A DNA stretch of 64,000 bases. Source: Monocercomonoides exilis PA203 (Eukaryota > Protista > Preaxostyla). The stretch spans positions 310,001 to 374,000 of the forward strand of contig LSRY02000049.1 in NCBI GenBank assembly GCA_001643675.2. The letters are read 5' to 3'. Positions 38,661-49,664 of this stretch are shown piece by piece. Made by a program: the position numbers and the translations under genes. Numbering within the stretch: the stretch's first letter is position 1; each line of letters begins with the position of its first letter. The notes beneath the pieces are model-generated. The model did not search any database. It was not told where the DNA came from and saw nothing but the letters and a program-made list of their open reading frames with translations.

Positions 38661-39006
38661 CTATAATATAATATTTCGGATCGAACTATTTAAATTAATA
38701 TTTTTTTTTTATATAGTTTTTTATTATTCTTCTCAATCATAGCAATCGCATTAGTATATTCACGTGAGTTAAATGAGACATTTTTAGTATTTTTCAATTG
38801 TCATCCAAAATGATCTTAAAATTGAGAAAAGATTTAAAAAGAATGTGAGCAACCTTCTCGTCTGCTTGTTTTAAAATTTTTGTATTATTTATAATCTTTT
38901 GAAATTTTTTGTGAATATTTGATTGAGTTGTTATGAAATTTTCATCATTAATTTATGTTGGGTCAAAATCATATTTTCTTTTCTTTCTTTTTTTCGATTT
39001 GAGTGA

Positions 39007-42000
39007 ATGCCAATTTTCTTTTATGTTATTTTTTTATCTTCTAATATTCCTTTTGTGTCTGCACAAATGCCACAGGAAAAATTCAAAGACGAACATCATT
39101 TTTTACACTCTTCAAAAGAATTCGTGTCTGGCTGTTATTTAAAAGCTGATGCAGAAATCAACGAATTATATTTGGAAAAACACTCATTTTTCATTGCGAA
39201 AAATATTGTGATGAAGAACGACTTTAGTTGTGAAATCCAATCAGAGTACCAAATAATAAATACTTCAATTTGCATGTACCAACTTGTTCTTCGGCAGAAA
39301 GAGAGCTGTTATTTGGTTTCATCAAAGTCAAACTCTTCGCTTCAAATATATTCATGTTTGCTGAAGTTTGCAGGAAGCGAAAAGAATGGTTTGTTCTTTG
39401 GAAGTCGTGGTTCGCTTCTGTTTTGGAATATTTCGCTTCATTTATCACAGAACGTTAATATAGCACCAAGCCTTGTTGAAGTTCCATCCAAAAGCATGGA
39501 CCGAATTGATGAAGTTGATGCAGAAGTTCACAATTCAGAATTCTCATCCTTCGTTCAAGGATCATCACCATTTTTGCAAATATCGCCTTTGACTTCCATC
39601 ACAATCAGCGAATGCTGCTTTTTTAATGTTTCACAGAGAAAAGTCAATGCGAAATCTTGCCCATCTTCTTCTTATTTGAATCCAGATAAAAGATGTGAAT
39701 TGAATTGTATGAATTGCATTGCTGTTCAGAATCCATATTTGGGATGTATCGTTGACGGAGCAACAAGTGCATTCATCTGTTGCAATTCGTCGTTTTTGAG
39801 CTGTGAAGCAGTTACAACGAGAACTAATTTCAGCACAGGATCCAAAGAGTTCAACGACACAACGTTCATGGTTAAAAGTGCAGAAGAATTGGACGGAGGT
39901 GCAATTTATCTAATAGGAGATGCAACACTGACGACAAAAAGATGCTCATTTGAAAGCTGTTCTCTCGCTCACTCTAATGCCAGAGCAGGGGCAGTCGGAA
40001 CCGATGGAGAAGGATCGTGGCTATGTGAAAACACTTCCTTTCAAAATTGCACAGTTACTTATGCTGCAGCAGCCTTTGACTTAATGGGCAAAGAATCTTT
40101 TGAGATATCTTTGAGCAATTTAAGCCATTGCAGTTCAGGAGATGGACTCGGAGGAGGAGAGATTCGTAGATGCTTAACTTGCTTAATCACAAATTGCATT
40201 TTTCAATGCAACGAAGCAAAAAGAAGATACGCAGGCGCTTTAAACTGCTATATTATGGAACACAATTTTTCTGTGGTTTCATGTTTGTTCAAATCAAACA
40301 GAGCCTGCACAAATGGAGGGGCGATCAGATTTGATCACAGTCAAGTTTACAGTATCACTGCAACGCTATCTGACTGCATTTTTATTAATAATTCAGCTGG
40401 AGAAGGAAATGATATTTACGCAAATATTAGTTGGAACGGAAAATTGAATCTTGTTGCATCAAGGTTGTTTTCCACAAGCAATCAACCCAGAACGACTTTT
40501 GCCTGGGCAACTGCAGAGGAGACATCACATTATGTTCTTGATCCACCGATTATTCAAGATAAAATCATTATTGCACCAAATGGTGAAGACTGGGATAATT
40601 GCGGGCGAAGTGACTTTGATGAATTCAATTGTCTGACAATGAAAAAAGGAATTGAAAGAGCCAAAATAGAATCGATGAGTTTTGAGATAAAAGAAGGACT
40701 GTTTCCTTCAGGCCAAATTGATATTGGATCTTCAAATGTGATAGGAAGCGGATCTGGAATGTTGCTAACGAGTATAAAATCAGATATAAAAAATGAAGAA
40801 GAAGCACTATTTCGAATAAGCACAGGAAAAATGGAAGCATCAGAAATGAAGTTTATTCACGATGGTTCGAATGAATACTGCAGAAGTTCATCATTGTTTC
40901 TGATGAGCGAAAGTTCTGGGATTCTTGTTCTTTCTTCTTGCAAAATAACTTGCGAAACTCCATCTGCAGAACAGTTCTTTTCTAAGCCTCTTATAAGTTC
41001 AGAGAAAGGTGAAGTGACTCTTGACTTGTGCAATATTGAGGGATCCCAGTCTTTGAATACATTCATCGCAAAACAAAGCGGAGACCTTGTTGTGAATGAC
41101 ACGTGTATCACAACAATAAATCGTCAGACAGGAAATGGTGGTGCAATGGAAGTGGAATTGGCAGATGAAGTTGGATTCATCGTAAAGAATGTGTCGTTGA
41201 AGCAATGCAAGGTAGGAACGACAAATGAAAAGGGCGGGGGAATCTATTTGGTTCTGTGTGAAAATTCGACAAGAAACTATCAATTGGATTCAGTGAATGT
41301 GTCAGGGAATGATGCAAAATGGGGAAAAGATGTGTTTGTTCAATGTGTTGATTTGAACCAATCAGTGACCACAAGTCGGATTGCGAATATAAAAAATGAC
41401 GATGGAGACAAATTGGATTTCTTTGGGATTGACAGTTCTATGTTTCTGGAGGCTCCTGTGAATTTGTCCTATTTTTTCTTACAAAGGCAATCTTTACAAA
41501 TAGAAATAAGTCAATCTGGAAAGGATATTTCTGGGTGCGGAGATGAGGTGTTTCCTTGCAATTCGTTCTGGAAAGGATTCAAAAACTTGGCAATTGATGT
41601 CACAAACGAAAAAAAGGAATTAAGGATTTATGGATCAACTTTAGTCCAGGATCAGTTCATTTTTTCTTGTTTGATGATAAGCTCTAAACAGGATGAAAAA
41701 AATGCGAAATTAACGTTCAACTCGGTTGTGGTGAACGGAAGTTCAGAAGTCATGCTTTTGAATGAGAATAATCTTGAGTTTGACAGAATCTGCTTCAACA
41801 TTCCTTCAAGTTTTTCTGTCTCAATATCTTCTCTAATTTCTTCCGCAGACAAGGAAAACTCGAACCTTGTTTTGAAGAACTGCTCATTTGAAAACAAAAC
41901 CAAGGATAACATCACATTTTCTCTTCTTCTTGTTCTTGGAGGAACTCTTCGAGTCGAACAATGCACAGTGTCTCAAATGGCTTTTGGTTCAAGCCCTGCG

Positions 42001-45000
42001 ATAATATCTGATAAAGCACATGCTGATCTCGGAATGTTTTCTTTTTCTTCAGTGAAACTCACAAGTTGCACGCTAATCTCAATTGTTTCTGAAGAGTCAA
42101 GCAACAATCATGCAAAGGGAAATGAGGAAGCTCAATCACTAACATTGAGTTCCTGTACCTTTGAAGGGATTACCTCTTCCGGTTCAAATATGGCTTGTAT
42201 TTTATCATCAACAATTAATTCTCCAATTTTAATTAATCAATGCTCATTTCTGACTATTTCATCAAAAGGAAGCAATGAGGGAGGAGCTTTGGGAATATCC
42301 CTTCAAGAGAAAGGCGCACTCACAGTTAACAAAACAGAAACAAGCAGATGCGAATGTGAAAGTGATGCATCGGGAAGAGGTGGGTTCCTTTTTCTGAACT
42401 GTATAGATTATGCAAATATGATAAAATTTGAGGATTTGCATTTTATCAATAACATGGCAGCGATTGGTAAAGACATGTTCATTGTTTGTAGCGATCTCAC
42501 AGAATTAGTCAATTCAACTTCATTCAGCTTTGCCATGGATATTGAACAATCCGAACGAGTAAATTCACTGATAGGTTTTGATAGGACTCATTTTGCTAAT
42601 GCTGAAGATCTCTTCATATTTATCACAGGGTATTTCAATGAAACAATTCACGTCGACGGGAAAAGAGGAATAAATAACATCGCCTGTGGAAAGCTAAACT
42701 TTCCATGTAATTCGTTGAACTTTGGATTGAATAGAGCACAGGGAAAGGGAACAAAGAACCTTCTGATATCTGGGGGAAGCTCACTTCTTGAAGAAGTGTC
42801 GATGGATAATGTTGCTGTTAAATCGGAGCAAGAAAACTCATCATCAAGATTGGAAGTGAACGAGACATTGGCTAATTCTGTTGGAGTTGCAATATCTGCA
42901 TATCTGGCATCATTTTCTTCAATCATTTTTTCATTGCCGCCAATTTTCACCAATTTGCAGAAAGCTTTTATGGAAACATTGGACAGTGAATCGTGCTTGA
43001 GCATTTCTGAATGTTCATTCAATCTCCAAAGCGAGGGAATATTGTCTTTCATTCTTTTGTCAGTCAAAAATGGAGATTTAAATCTTTATTCATGCTCAAT
43101 TGAAATACTTCAAATATCAAAGCCTTTTATTGAATTTCATCAGTCTTCAGATTCAAAAGGTGGGTCATTGACAATGGAACATTGCTTATTTGGCAGTGTA
43201 ACTCAAAGCTCCAACAGCGCCTGTATATTGATAACAACGATGGTCAATGATGCAAATGCTATGCTGTCAAATTCATCATTTGCTTCGTGTGCAGCTGATG
43301 CAAGTGATTGCGGAGGAGCATTGCATGTGAAGATGGAGGAGGGAGGAAGATTTGAGATATACAATACAAAGATTTCTTCATGCTCTGCCATTGCAGGAAA
43401 AGGAGGTGGAGTGTTTTTGAATTGCCTTTCAAAGAAAAACAAGACGATTCCATTCCATTTCAAAAACATAACGTTCTCAAACAACAAGGCGAGGGTAGGA
43501 AGAGACGTGTTTGTGAAGTGCTTTTCAATTTCCAAACAAATCAGCGAAGAACAATTTGATTTAGACTTTCGTGAGCCACCGTATGACAGGTTTAATGCGA
43601 TCTGGGGTGTGGATGAAACGCTTCCAATTGAAGATGTGGATCTCATTCCTCTTATTGTTGTGTACCGCAGCGAGCTGATTTTTGTGTGTGGAGTGAATGA
43701 TGAGGGGAATGATGCGAAGCCATGTGGGAACTCAACAACACCATGCAAATCCTTGAGTTATGGATTGTCTCATATTATATCTTCAGCATACAGTCAGCTT
43801 CTGATAGATCGAGAATGTGACATATCACAAACTTGCACTGCAAACAGTGTGACAGTTAAGAGTCTGAATCCAGCAACGCATGCTGTTGTTCATCTGAGAA
43901 CGGAAATTTCAGAGTCACAAAGGTCAGAGTGTATTTTGGAAAGTGTTGAGACTGTGAAATTTGAATGTGTTTCATTTTTATTTCAACATGGATTTGTCTC
44001 AACTCTCAAAAGCATATTTACTCAAACGAATGGATCATTTGTTGTCGCGTCCTGTTTGTTTTCCTGTGCCGATAATAGCATTTGCCTCAGCCAGTCGTTG
44101 TTTACGATTGAGTCAGGATCTTTTGATTTGAGCAGAACAAGCGTGAAGCATATAAACGCTTCTCAGGAGTTGTTTGAGTTGAGGAGTTCTTGTTTCGCTC
44201 AGCTTCAATCTGTTGAGTTTGGCGAATTGACATTAGGAAGCTCACTGATTGATGCTTGTGAGGGCTCAAATCTTATCATTAAAGAAATAAATACTTCAGA
44301 TATCACAATTGAAAATAGTTCTCTGATTTCTGTGGAAGAACGAAGCATTTCGAAAATGAACGAGGAGAATCTTGAAAGTTCTATTATGATAATTCACTCG
44401 AATGTCTCTGGGATCAAACGAAGGACACAAGGTGCATGCTCGCTGTCGTTTCCTTCATCTTTTCCTACTCTTTGTCAAATCTCAAACTGCTCATTTTCAA
44501 ATCATACATCATCTTCAGCAAATGCACAGATTCTTGAACTGTCAAATAGCATATATATTGAATCATCGATTTTAGAAGGATATCAAAAGGATATTGCTTC
44601 CATTGGTAATTCAGCAATTGAAGATGTGTGCCATTGGAATGGGTCATTAATTTATCTCGCAAGCTGCACCAGCTATATGAAAGATACAAAAGTTGCAAAC
44701 TCATCAAAGGGAGGAATTTCTGTTTCAAAGGGCAGGTTGACAATAGAAATGGGGATGTTTGAGGGAAATAATCCATCAGTTGAACGATATCCTTCAGCGA
44801 GAAGAAATATTATTTGTGATGAAGGGGGAGTTGTGGACGTGATGAGCTTAAAAGGAGGAGATGGCTTGCTTCCGAACTCATCGATGTGGATTTTGAATGA
44901 GGGTTGTGAAATGGAAGGAGTTGCTTTGGAAAGAACGTCTGTGCTGTTTATTCCTCATTTGGAGAGAGTTGAGCAAGAAGAAGCAGGAGCAGAAATAAAA

Positions 45001-46704
45001 TTGAAGTTCATTGGGCATTCACTGATGCCCTGTCACTTGCAGTTCCGGGTTACAACAATACTAAATGAAGAGAAATCGTTGCACACCAACAAGTTCAAAG
45101 ATAGTGAATATGTGAACGAATCTGAAATTGTCACAAGTATCCAACCATCTTTGGTCAAAGATGCTCCAAGTGAAGCTGAGGTGAGCGTATGTATCTTGTT
45201 TGGTGACAAAGCGCGACCTTCGTCAACGCGATCATTCGTACTGAAGAACAAAAGCGACCCTCAATCAGACGCAAATGGAAAGCTGGCCAAAGAAGGAAGC
45301 GGAGCTGTTTCATCGTGGGCTTTAATTATCATTGTCATTTTCGTAATTTTGTTTTTGATTGTTCTTATTGCGTCTATTATTCTGGCTGTTCGATGGAGAA
45401 GTGCAAAAGAAGAAGCGAAAAAATACAAAGAGATTGTTGATGATAACATCAGAAAAGATCCGAAGGCATTTGAGATGGTGACAATGGAGATGTCGCCTGA
45501 GGAGCAGTGGAGGAGAGCAGAAAGGGAGGCAGAGAAGAAGAATGAAGATAACATAAAAAAAAGAGTGAATGAGAAAAGCTTGGGACATTCGGAGTCTGAG
45601 GAGTATTTGTTGAGTGAGTGCGGATCGACTGAATACATTTTGGGCAGAGATTCAGACAAGATCCCTCAATGGATGCTGGAGAAGGTTGAAGAAGAAGAGA
45701 TTCGAAAGAGATCACCTTCACCATCCATTTCATCCACTTCCACCACTTCAACAACCGATTCAGATTCAACTTTTGTTCGTGGAGAGGATCTGTGCCCAAC
45801 AACCTCATCGATGTCAAACTTGGTGGATGCAATGGCGTGCTCATCACCGCATGAGAAGCTGATTGTGGACTTGAGGGATTCACTGTTCCTGTTATTGCAT
45901 GGAAGGAACGAGAAGAAGGAGATGGCGATAGGAACATTGACTGAGAGAGAGCACACAGCTGCACAGGTGTTATTCTGGGTGGCGAATGGTGCTCTTCATT
46001 CATTTGACGAAATGGAAAATCCACTTCAGTCCTTGGACAATCTGAGTCCGCACATCGTGCTGTTCTCGGAGCACATGGTTATTTGTATTGTGATGCATTC
46101 CGACTGCTCTTCATCATCAGACGATTCGGACACCTCATCCATCTCTCATTCAACTGTTGTTACATCTTCCTCTGATAATTCATTGATGAGCGAGAGATTC
46201 ACAAAATCACCTCCTCCTTCATCCGCCTTTGAGGACGAGGACTACAACTTGAAGGAGAGCTTAAGATGGAAAGCTCCGGAGCTGATGTTCAATAAGACGA
46301 TGACGGCGACAAATAGTTCGGTTGCATTCTCGATTGGGATGATGTTGTGGGAGTGCTTGAGCCTGGAAATCCCGTTTGGAGAATACGAAGCAGAGATTGC
46401 AGGAAAGAAGATTACGAACGGAGAAAGGCCAAGCATTTGCATAATAGTTAAATCCCGCTTTTATAAGTTGATTAAACAGTGCTTTGCACAACTGCCCAAT
46501 GACAGGCCTTCGTTGGCTCGCATTAAAAGGGAATTTTTCAATAGTTTTCCAGCCGATGCAGTTATTCTCACAATCTCAGATGCCATTGACTTAGAGAACG
46601 AAAGCTGCAACGGAAAAGATTCGAAGGGAGAAAGTGAAGCTGCTTTAAGTAACGAGATTGTGAATGTTGAGCTTATAAACGGAAAATGTTCGATACAAAA
46701 GTAA
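39007..46704 (+). CDS. Giant intronless type-I receptor-like protein (2,565 aa) with beta-helix modules and TKL-derived pseudokinase tail; paralogue of 14580-24465
   Basis: Uninterrupted ORF with a hydrophobic N-terminus, GGAI/FxxN/CGxxxxPC repeats, TM ALIIIVIFVILFLIVLIASIILAV, and tail KDPKAFEMVTMEMSPEEQWRRAE...LRWKAPEL...FSIGMMLWECL..IPF. Confidence 0.9.
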   Translation: MPIFFYVIFLSSNIPFVSAQMPQEKFKDEHHFLHSSKEFVSGCYLKADAEINELYLEKHSFFIAKNIVMKNDFSCEIQSEYQIINTSICMYQLVLRQKESCYLVSSKSNSSLQIYSCLLKFAGSEKNGLFFGSRGSLLFWNISLHLSQNVNIAPSLVEVPSKSMDRIDEVDAEVHNSEFSSFVQGSSPFLQISPLTSITISECCFFNVSQRKVNAKSCPSSSYLNPDKRCELNCMNCIAVQNPYLGCIVDGATSAFICCNSSFLSCEAVTTRTNFSTGSKEFNDTTFMVKSAEELDGGAIYLIGDATLTTKRCSFESCSLAHSNARAGAVGTDGEGSWLCENTSFQNCTVTYAAAAFDLMGKESFEISLSNLSHCSSGDGLGGGEIRRCLTCLITNCIFQCNEAKRRYAGALNCYIMEHNFSVVSCLFKSNRACTNGGAIRFDHSQVYSITATLSDCIFINNSAGEGNDIYANISWNGKLNLVASRLFSTSNQPRTTFAWATAEETSHYVLDPPIIQDKIIIAPNGEDWDNCGRSDFDEFNCLTMKKGIERAKIESMSFEIKEGLFPSGQIDIGSSNVIGSGSGMLLTSIKSDIKNEEEALFRISTGKMEASEMKFIHDGSNEYCRSSSLFLMSESSGILVLSSCKITCETPSAEQFFSKPLISSEKGEVTLDLCNIEGSQSLNTFIAKQSGDLVVNDTCITTINRQTGNGGAMEVELADEVGFIVKNVSLKQCKVGTTNEKGGGIYLVLCENSTRNYQLDSVNVSGNDAKWGKDVFVQCVDLNQSVTTSRIANIKNDDGDKLDFFGIDSSMFLEAPVNLSYFFLQRQSLQIEISQSGKDISGCGDEVFPCNSFWKGFKNLAIDVTNEKKELRIYGSTLVQDQFIFSCLMISSKQDEKNAKLTFNSVVVNGSSEVMLLNENNLEFDRICFNIPSSFSVSISSLISSADKENSNLVLKNCSFENKTKDNITFSLLLVLGGTLRVEQCTVSQMAFGSSPAIISDKAHADLGMFSFSSVKLTSCTLISIVSEESSNNHAKGNEEAQSLTLSSCTFEGITSSGSNMACILSSTINSPILINQCSFLTISSKGSNEGGALGISLQEKGALTVNKTETSRCECESDASGRGGFLFLNCIDYANMIKFEDLHFINNMAAIGKDMFIVCSDLTELVNSTSFSFAMDIEQSERVNSLIGFDRTHFANAEDLFIFITGYFNETIHVDGKRGINNIACGKLNFPCNSLNFGLNRAQGKGTKNLLISGGSSLLEEVSMDNVAVKSEQENSSSRLEVNETLANSVGVAISAYLASFSSIIFSLPPIFTNLQKAFMETLDSESCLSISECSFNLQSEGILSFILLSVKNGDLNLYSCSIEILQISKPFIEFHQSSDSKGGSLTMEHCLFGSVTQSSNSACILITTMVNDANAMLSNSSFASCAADASDCGGALHVKMEEGGRFEIYNTKISSCSAIAGKGGGVFLNCLSKKNKTIPFHFKNITFSNNKARVGRDVFVKCFSISKQISEEQFDLDFREPPYDRFNAIWGVDETLPIEDVDLIPLIVVYRSELIFVCGVNDEGNDAKPCGNSTTPCKSLSYGLSHIISSAYSQLLIDRECDISQTCTANSVTVKSLNPATHAVVHLRTEISESQRSECILESVETVKFECVSFLFQHGFVSTLKSIFTQTNGSFVVASCLFSCADNSICLSQSLFTIESGSFDLSRTSVKHINASQELFELRSSCFAQLQSVEFGELTLGSSLIDACEGSNLIIKEINTSDITIENSSLISVEERSISKMNEENLESSIMIIHSNVSGIKRRTQGACSLSFPSSFPTLCQISNCSFSNHTSSSANAQILELSNSIYIESSILEGYQKDIASIGNSAIEDVCHWNGSLIYLASCTSYMKDTKVANSSKGGISVSKGRLTIEMGMFEGNNPSVERYPSARRNIICDEGGVVDVMSLKGGDGLLPNSSMWILNEGCEMEGVALERTSVLFIPHLERVEQEEAGAEIKLKFIGHSLMPCHLQFRVTTILNEEKSLHTNKFKDSEYVNESEIVTSIQPSLVKDAPSEAEVSVCILFGDKARPSSTRSFVLKNKSDPQSDANGKLAKEGSGAVSSWALIIIVIFVILFLIVLIASIILAVRWRSAKEEAKKYKEIVDDNIRKDPKAFEMVTMEMSPEEQWRRAEREAEKKNEDNIKKRVNEKSLGHSESEEYLLSECGSTEYILGRDSDKIPQWMLEKVEEEEIRKRSPSPSISSTSTTSTTDSDSTFVRGEDLCPTTSSMSNLVDAMACSSPHEKLIVDLRDSLFLLLHGRNEKKEMAIGTLTEREHTAAQVLFWVANGALHSFDEMENPLQSLDNLSPHIVLFSEHMVICIVMHSDCSSSSDDSDTSSISHSTVVTSSSDNSLMSERFTKSPPPSSAFEDEDYNLKESLRWKAPELMFNKTMTATNSSVAFSIGMMLWECLSLEIPFGEYEAEIAGKKITNGERPSICIIVKSRFYKLIKQCFAQLPNDRPSLARIKREFFNSFPADAVILTISDAIDLENESCNGKDSKGESEAALSNEIVNVELINGKCSIQK

Positions 46705-47439
46705 ATATTGTTATAATTGCTATTTGTTAGTTTTTGCAAGCATTTTGTTTCTAATTCTTTATTATTTTTCAATAAAATTGGTTTTTCAGTTTATTATGTG
46801 GTTCCAAATTCTTTATATATTCATACGTTGTATATATTAGCTAATCATACTTATTTTTTAAGTTTGTAATTTTCTGTTCACAAAACGATTCAGACGCTCC
46901 AAAGGATGCGTTTTTTTTTTTCTTCTTCTTCTTCTTTTTGCTTTTCAGTCAAGCAACTTTTTTGAATCGTCTTCAGTTGTTTTGTTTTTATTGTTTAAAT
47001 ATCAAACGATTTTCAAATAAAATGTGTATACAACGATTAGGTGAGCAAGTTTCACAAAAATTTTTTTGCACAAGTTCTTCTATTTCCAAGAACAATATAA
47101 ACCGGGAAGAGGGAACATAACGAACTGTTTGAAAATTGTCTTCAAGAAGAATAAAAAACGTTAAAAAAAAAAAAAGCAGAATTAAAGGATTCAAAAATTC
47201 ACATAAAAGGAGAAATACTTATTGAAAAAAACAGAAATATTCTATGGAAAAAAATCAGTTTTATTTTTTAAAAAATAATGATCATACACATAAGATAATT
47301 GGGGTGATATTTTCTATTCGGTTATAATTGGGAAATAACATTTCACCTTAGTAAATGTGTTGACTTGGGTTATATCAATGAAAGCTTTTAACCTTATTTA
47401 TTGATAAGAATTTTTTATGAAAAGTGTGAAAGAATTCCA

Positions 47440-47849
47440 TATAGTTAGTGTAAATAATGGTGGACACTTTCAATAACTGTGAACAGTTACATTATCTCAA
47501 CAACAGTTTATAGTTGCGTTTTGATAATTAACCCAATTATTCCCTCAATGAATATGAACTTATAAGACATACGGAAATGAAACAACTTTCTCTGCAGAAT
47601 TAAATAAAAGTCATTTTTAATTGTCTGAGAAACTTAAATAATCTTATTTCTCCTTATTTCTCCGAAAATAGAAAACGTTATTTTCTTTATTGAAATAAGC
47701 AAGTTGTTTCATTTCTGTATGTCTTATAAGTTCATATGCATTGAGGGAATAATTGGGTTAATTGTCAAAAAGCAACTATCAATAGTTGTTTAAATGATGC
47801 CGCTGTCCACGGTTATTGAAGGTGTCAACCATTATTAACACTAACTATA
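47440..47849. mobile_element. MITE (non-autonomous, Tc1/mariner-like) with 149-bp terminal inverted repeats
   Basis: 47440-47588 aligns ungapped to the reverse complement of 47701-47849 with 18 mismatches in 149 bp (hand count). The 112-bp AT-rich spacer has no ORF. Both ends read TA-TAGTTAGTG, consistent with a TA target-site duplication. Confidence 0.8.
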
Positions 47850-48547
47850 AATAAATATATCAAACGCAATCATTATGCAAATTGGAATACGCAGACCTGT
47901 TTGATGCTGGAATAAGTGCATAACAATGAAATTCATTGGATTTATTTTAAAAATGATCAAATAAGTTCCTTTTTTATTTACCCCAGATATTAAACATTTT
48001 CGACTTTTCAAAAAGAATAATCCATATGAAAAAAATATTGAACATAGTTTTTTAAACAATTTTTAAATATTATCCTTTCAAATGAATATTTCATCTACAA
48101 ATAAATTATACATTAGAAAAATGAACACACCGAAAAAAAAAATGACTTCAAAAATTATCACCCAAATTGAATTACACATATTTGTATTTTTTAAAAAAAA
48201 GTTTTAATAAAAAAAATACATGAATCGTTTTTTTTCAGGTCGTTATCTGCCTGCTTACCTTTTCTTGTCTTTTTCATAGAAGATTTTTGATTAGTCAGCT
48301 TTTATTTAATACTTTGTCTATTATTTATTTTATAATATTTTATTTGTAAAATGAAAACTTCATTTTATTATGTGTAATCATGAATATTAGAAATGGGTAT
48401 TCAGATTTCTTTCAATACGAAAATCTTTTATTTTTTTGAAATTTCAATTTTTTAATTTTAAAAATCCAATTCAACATATGTATACATATTATTATCCATA
48501 AGAATTTATAAATATTAATTCACATCATTTTATCAAAATAAAACTTT

Positions 48548-49664
48548 TCAAATTCCATAGCATTTCCTTGTATTTTCTCTTGTTTGCCTATAAACTTCAT
48601 CCACCGAGACACCTTTAATTAATGCTATTTTTTGAGCTGTTGATGGGATCATTCCTGAATGGCAAGTTTTCCCCCTGAATAATTAAAATAAAAAAAGACA
48701 GCAATTCAATTACAACAACGAACCTGAATGGGACAGGAGCCATATACGGAGCATCGGTTTCCAAAAGAATTCTATTCAAAGGTAAAGCAGCAACCGAATC
48801 TACGACTCCTTTCGCACTTTTAAATGTAACAACACCAGTGAAGCCTAGAATAAAAAGAACACAAAAAAAATGACAACGATCAAATAACAATCAATATTTA
48901 ACAAAAAATAAACATACCAACGAAGGCATTTGGATATTCCTCAACAAGTGCTTTAGCAAATGGAGGATCGCTAGTATAACAATGCAAATGAATAATATGA
49001 TCTTTTGGCACATGCTCTCGAATAATAGCTAGCGCATCATCATCAGCCTCTCTGATATGGAGAATTATTCGTAATTTCAATTCAACAGCTTTTTTGAGTT
49101 GACGAATAAAAACTTCTTTCTGAAGGTCACGAGGCTAAATTATTTTTTCAACTAATAAACAATTGATTATAATTAAAAAAACATACACAAAAATCATAAT
49201 GATAATCAAGACCAATTTCTCCCCATCCCAACACTTTTCCAGTCTCTCCATATTTCCTAAAAATATCAACAAGTCTTTCTTCGAGTTCAGGAGTATATTC
49301 TTTCGAATTATGAGGATGAATTCCGAAGCAACCATAAACATCTTGATATCTCAGCATTAAATCAACTCCACCTTTTAATTAATGAAAACAAAACAAAACA
49401 TAAATGAAATGAGCATAAATTTTTTGTTGTCGCAACAACCCACCTGGAAGAGAGGCTTCATCACATGCAACATGAACGAATTTTTCGCATTGAGGACATT
49501 TTATAACATCTTCTCGAAATTTTTCAAAACCATCGAAATCTAAAAAATAAAATGTAGAAAAATAATTTTCAACTAAATATTTAAAAATACGCATATAGCA
49601 CACATTCTAGTTTTTGGAGAGTAGCATCAATGTGAGTATGCGCATCAATAAAAGTTGATTGCAT
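48548..49664 (-). CDS. tatD: TatD-family metal-dependent DNase (multi-exon)
   Basis: FIDAHTH, GIHPH, WGEIGLDYHYD, ILHIREA, HLHCY, GFTGVVTF, ILLETDAPYMAP, TRENTRKCYGI*. Confidence 0.93.

Noticed and set aside
47270-48200. Possible outer inverted repeat around the MITE (taattggggtgata ~47297 vs tatcacccaaatt ~48156)
   Set aside because: Only ~15-17 bp with mismatches in AT-rich DNA, and it does not extend convincingly.
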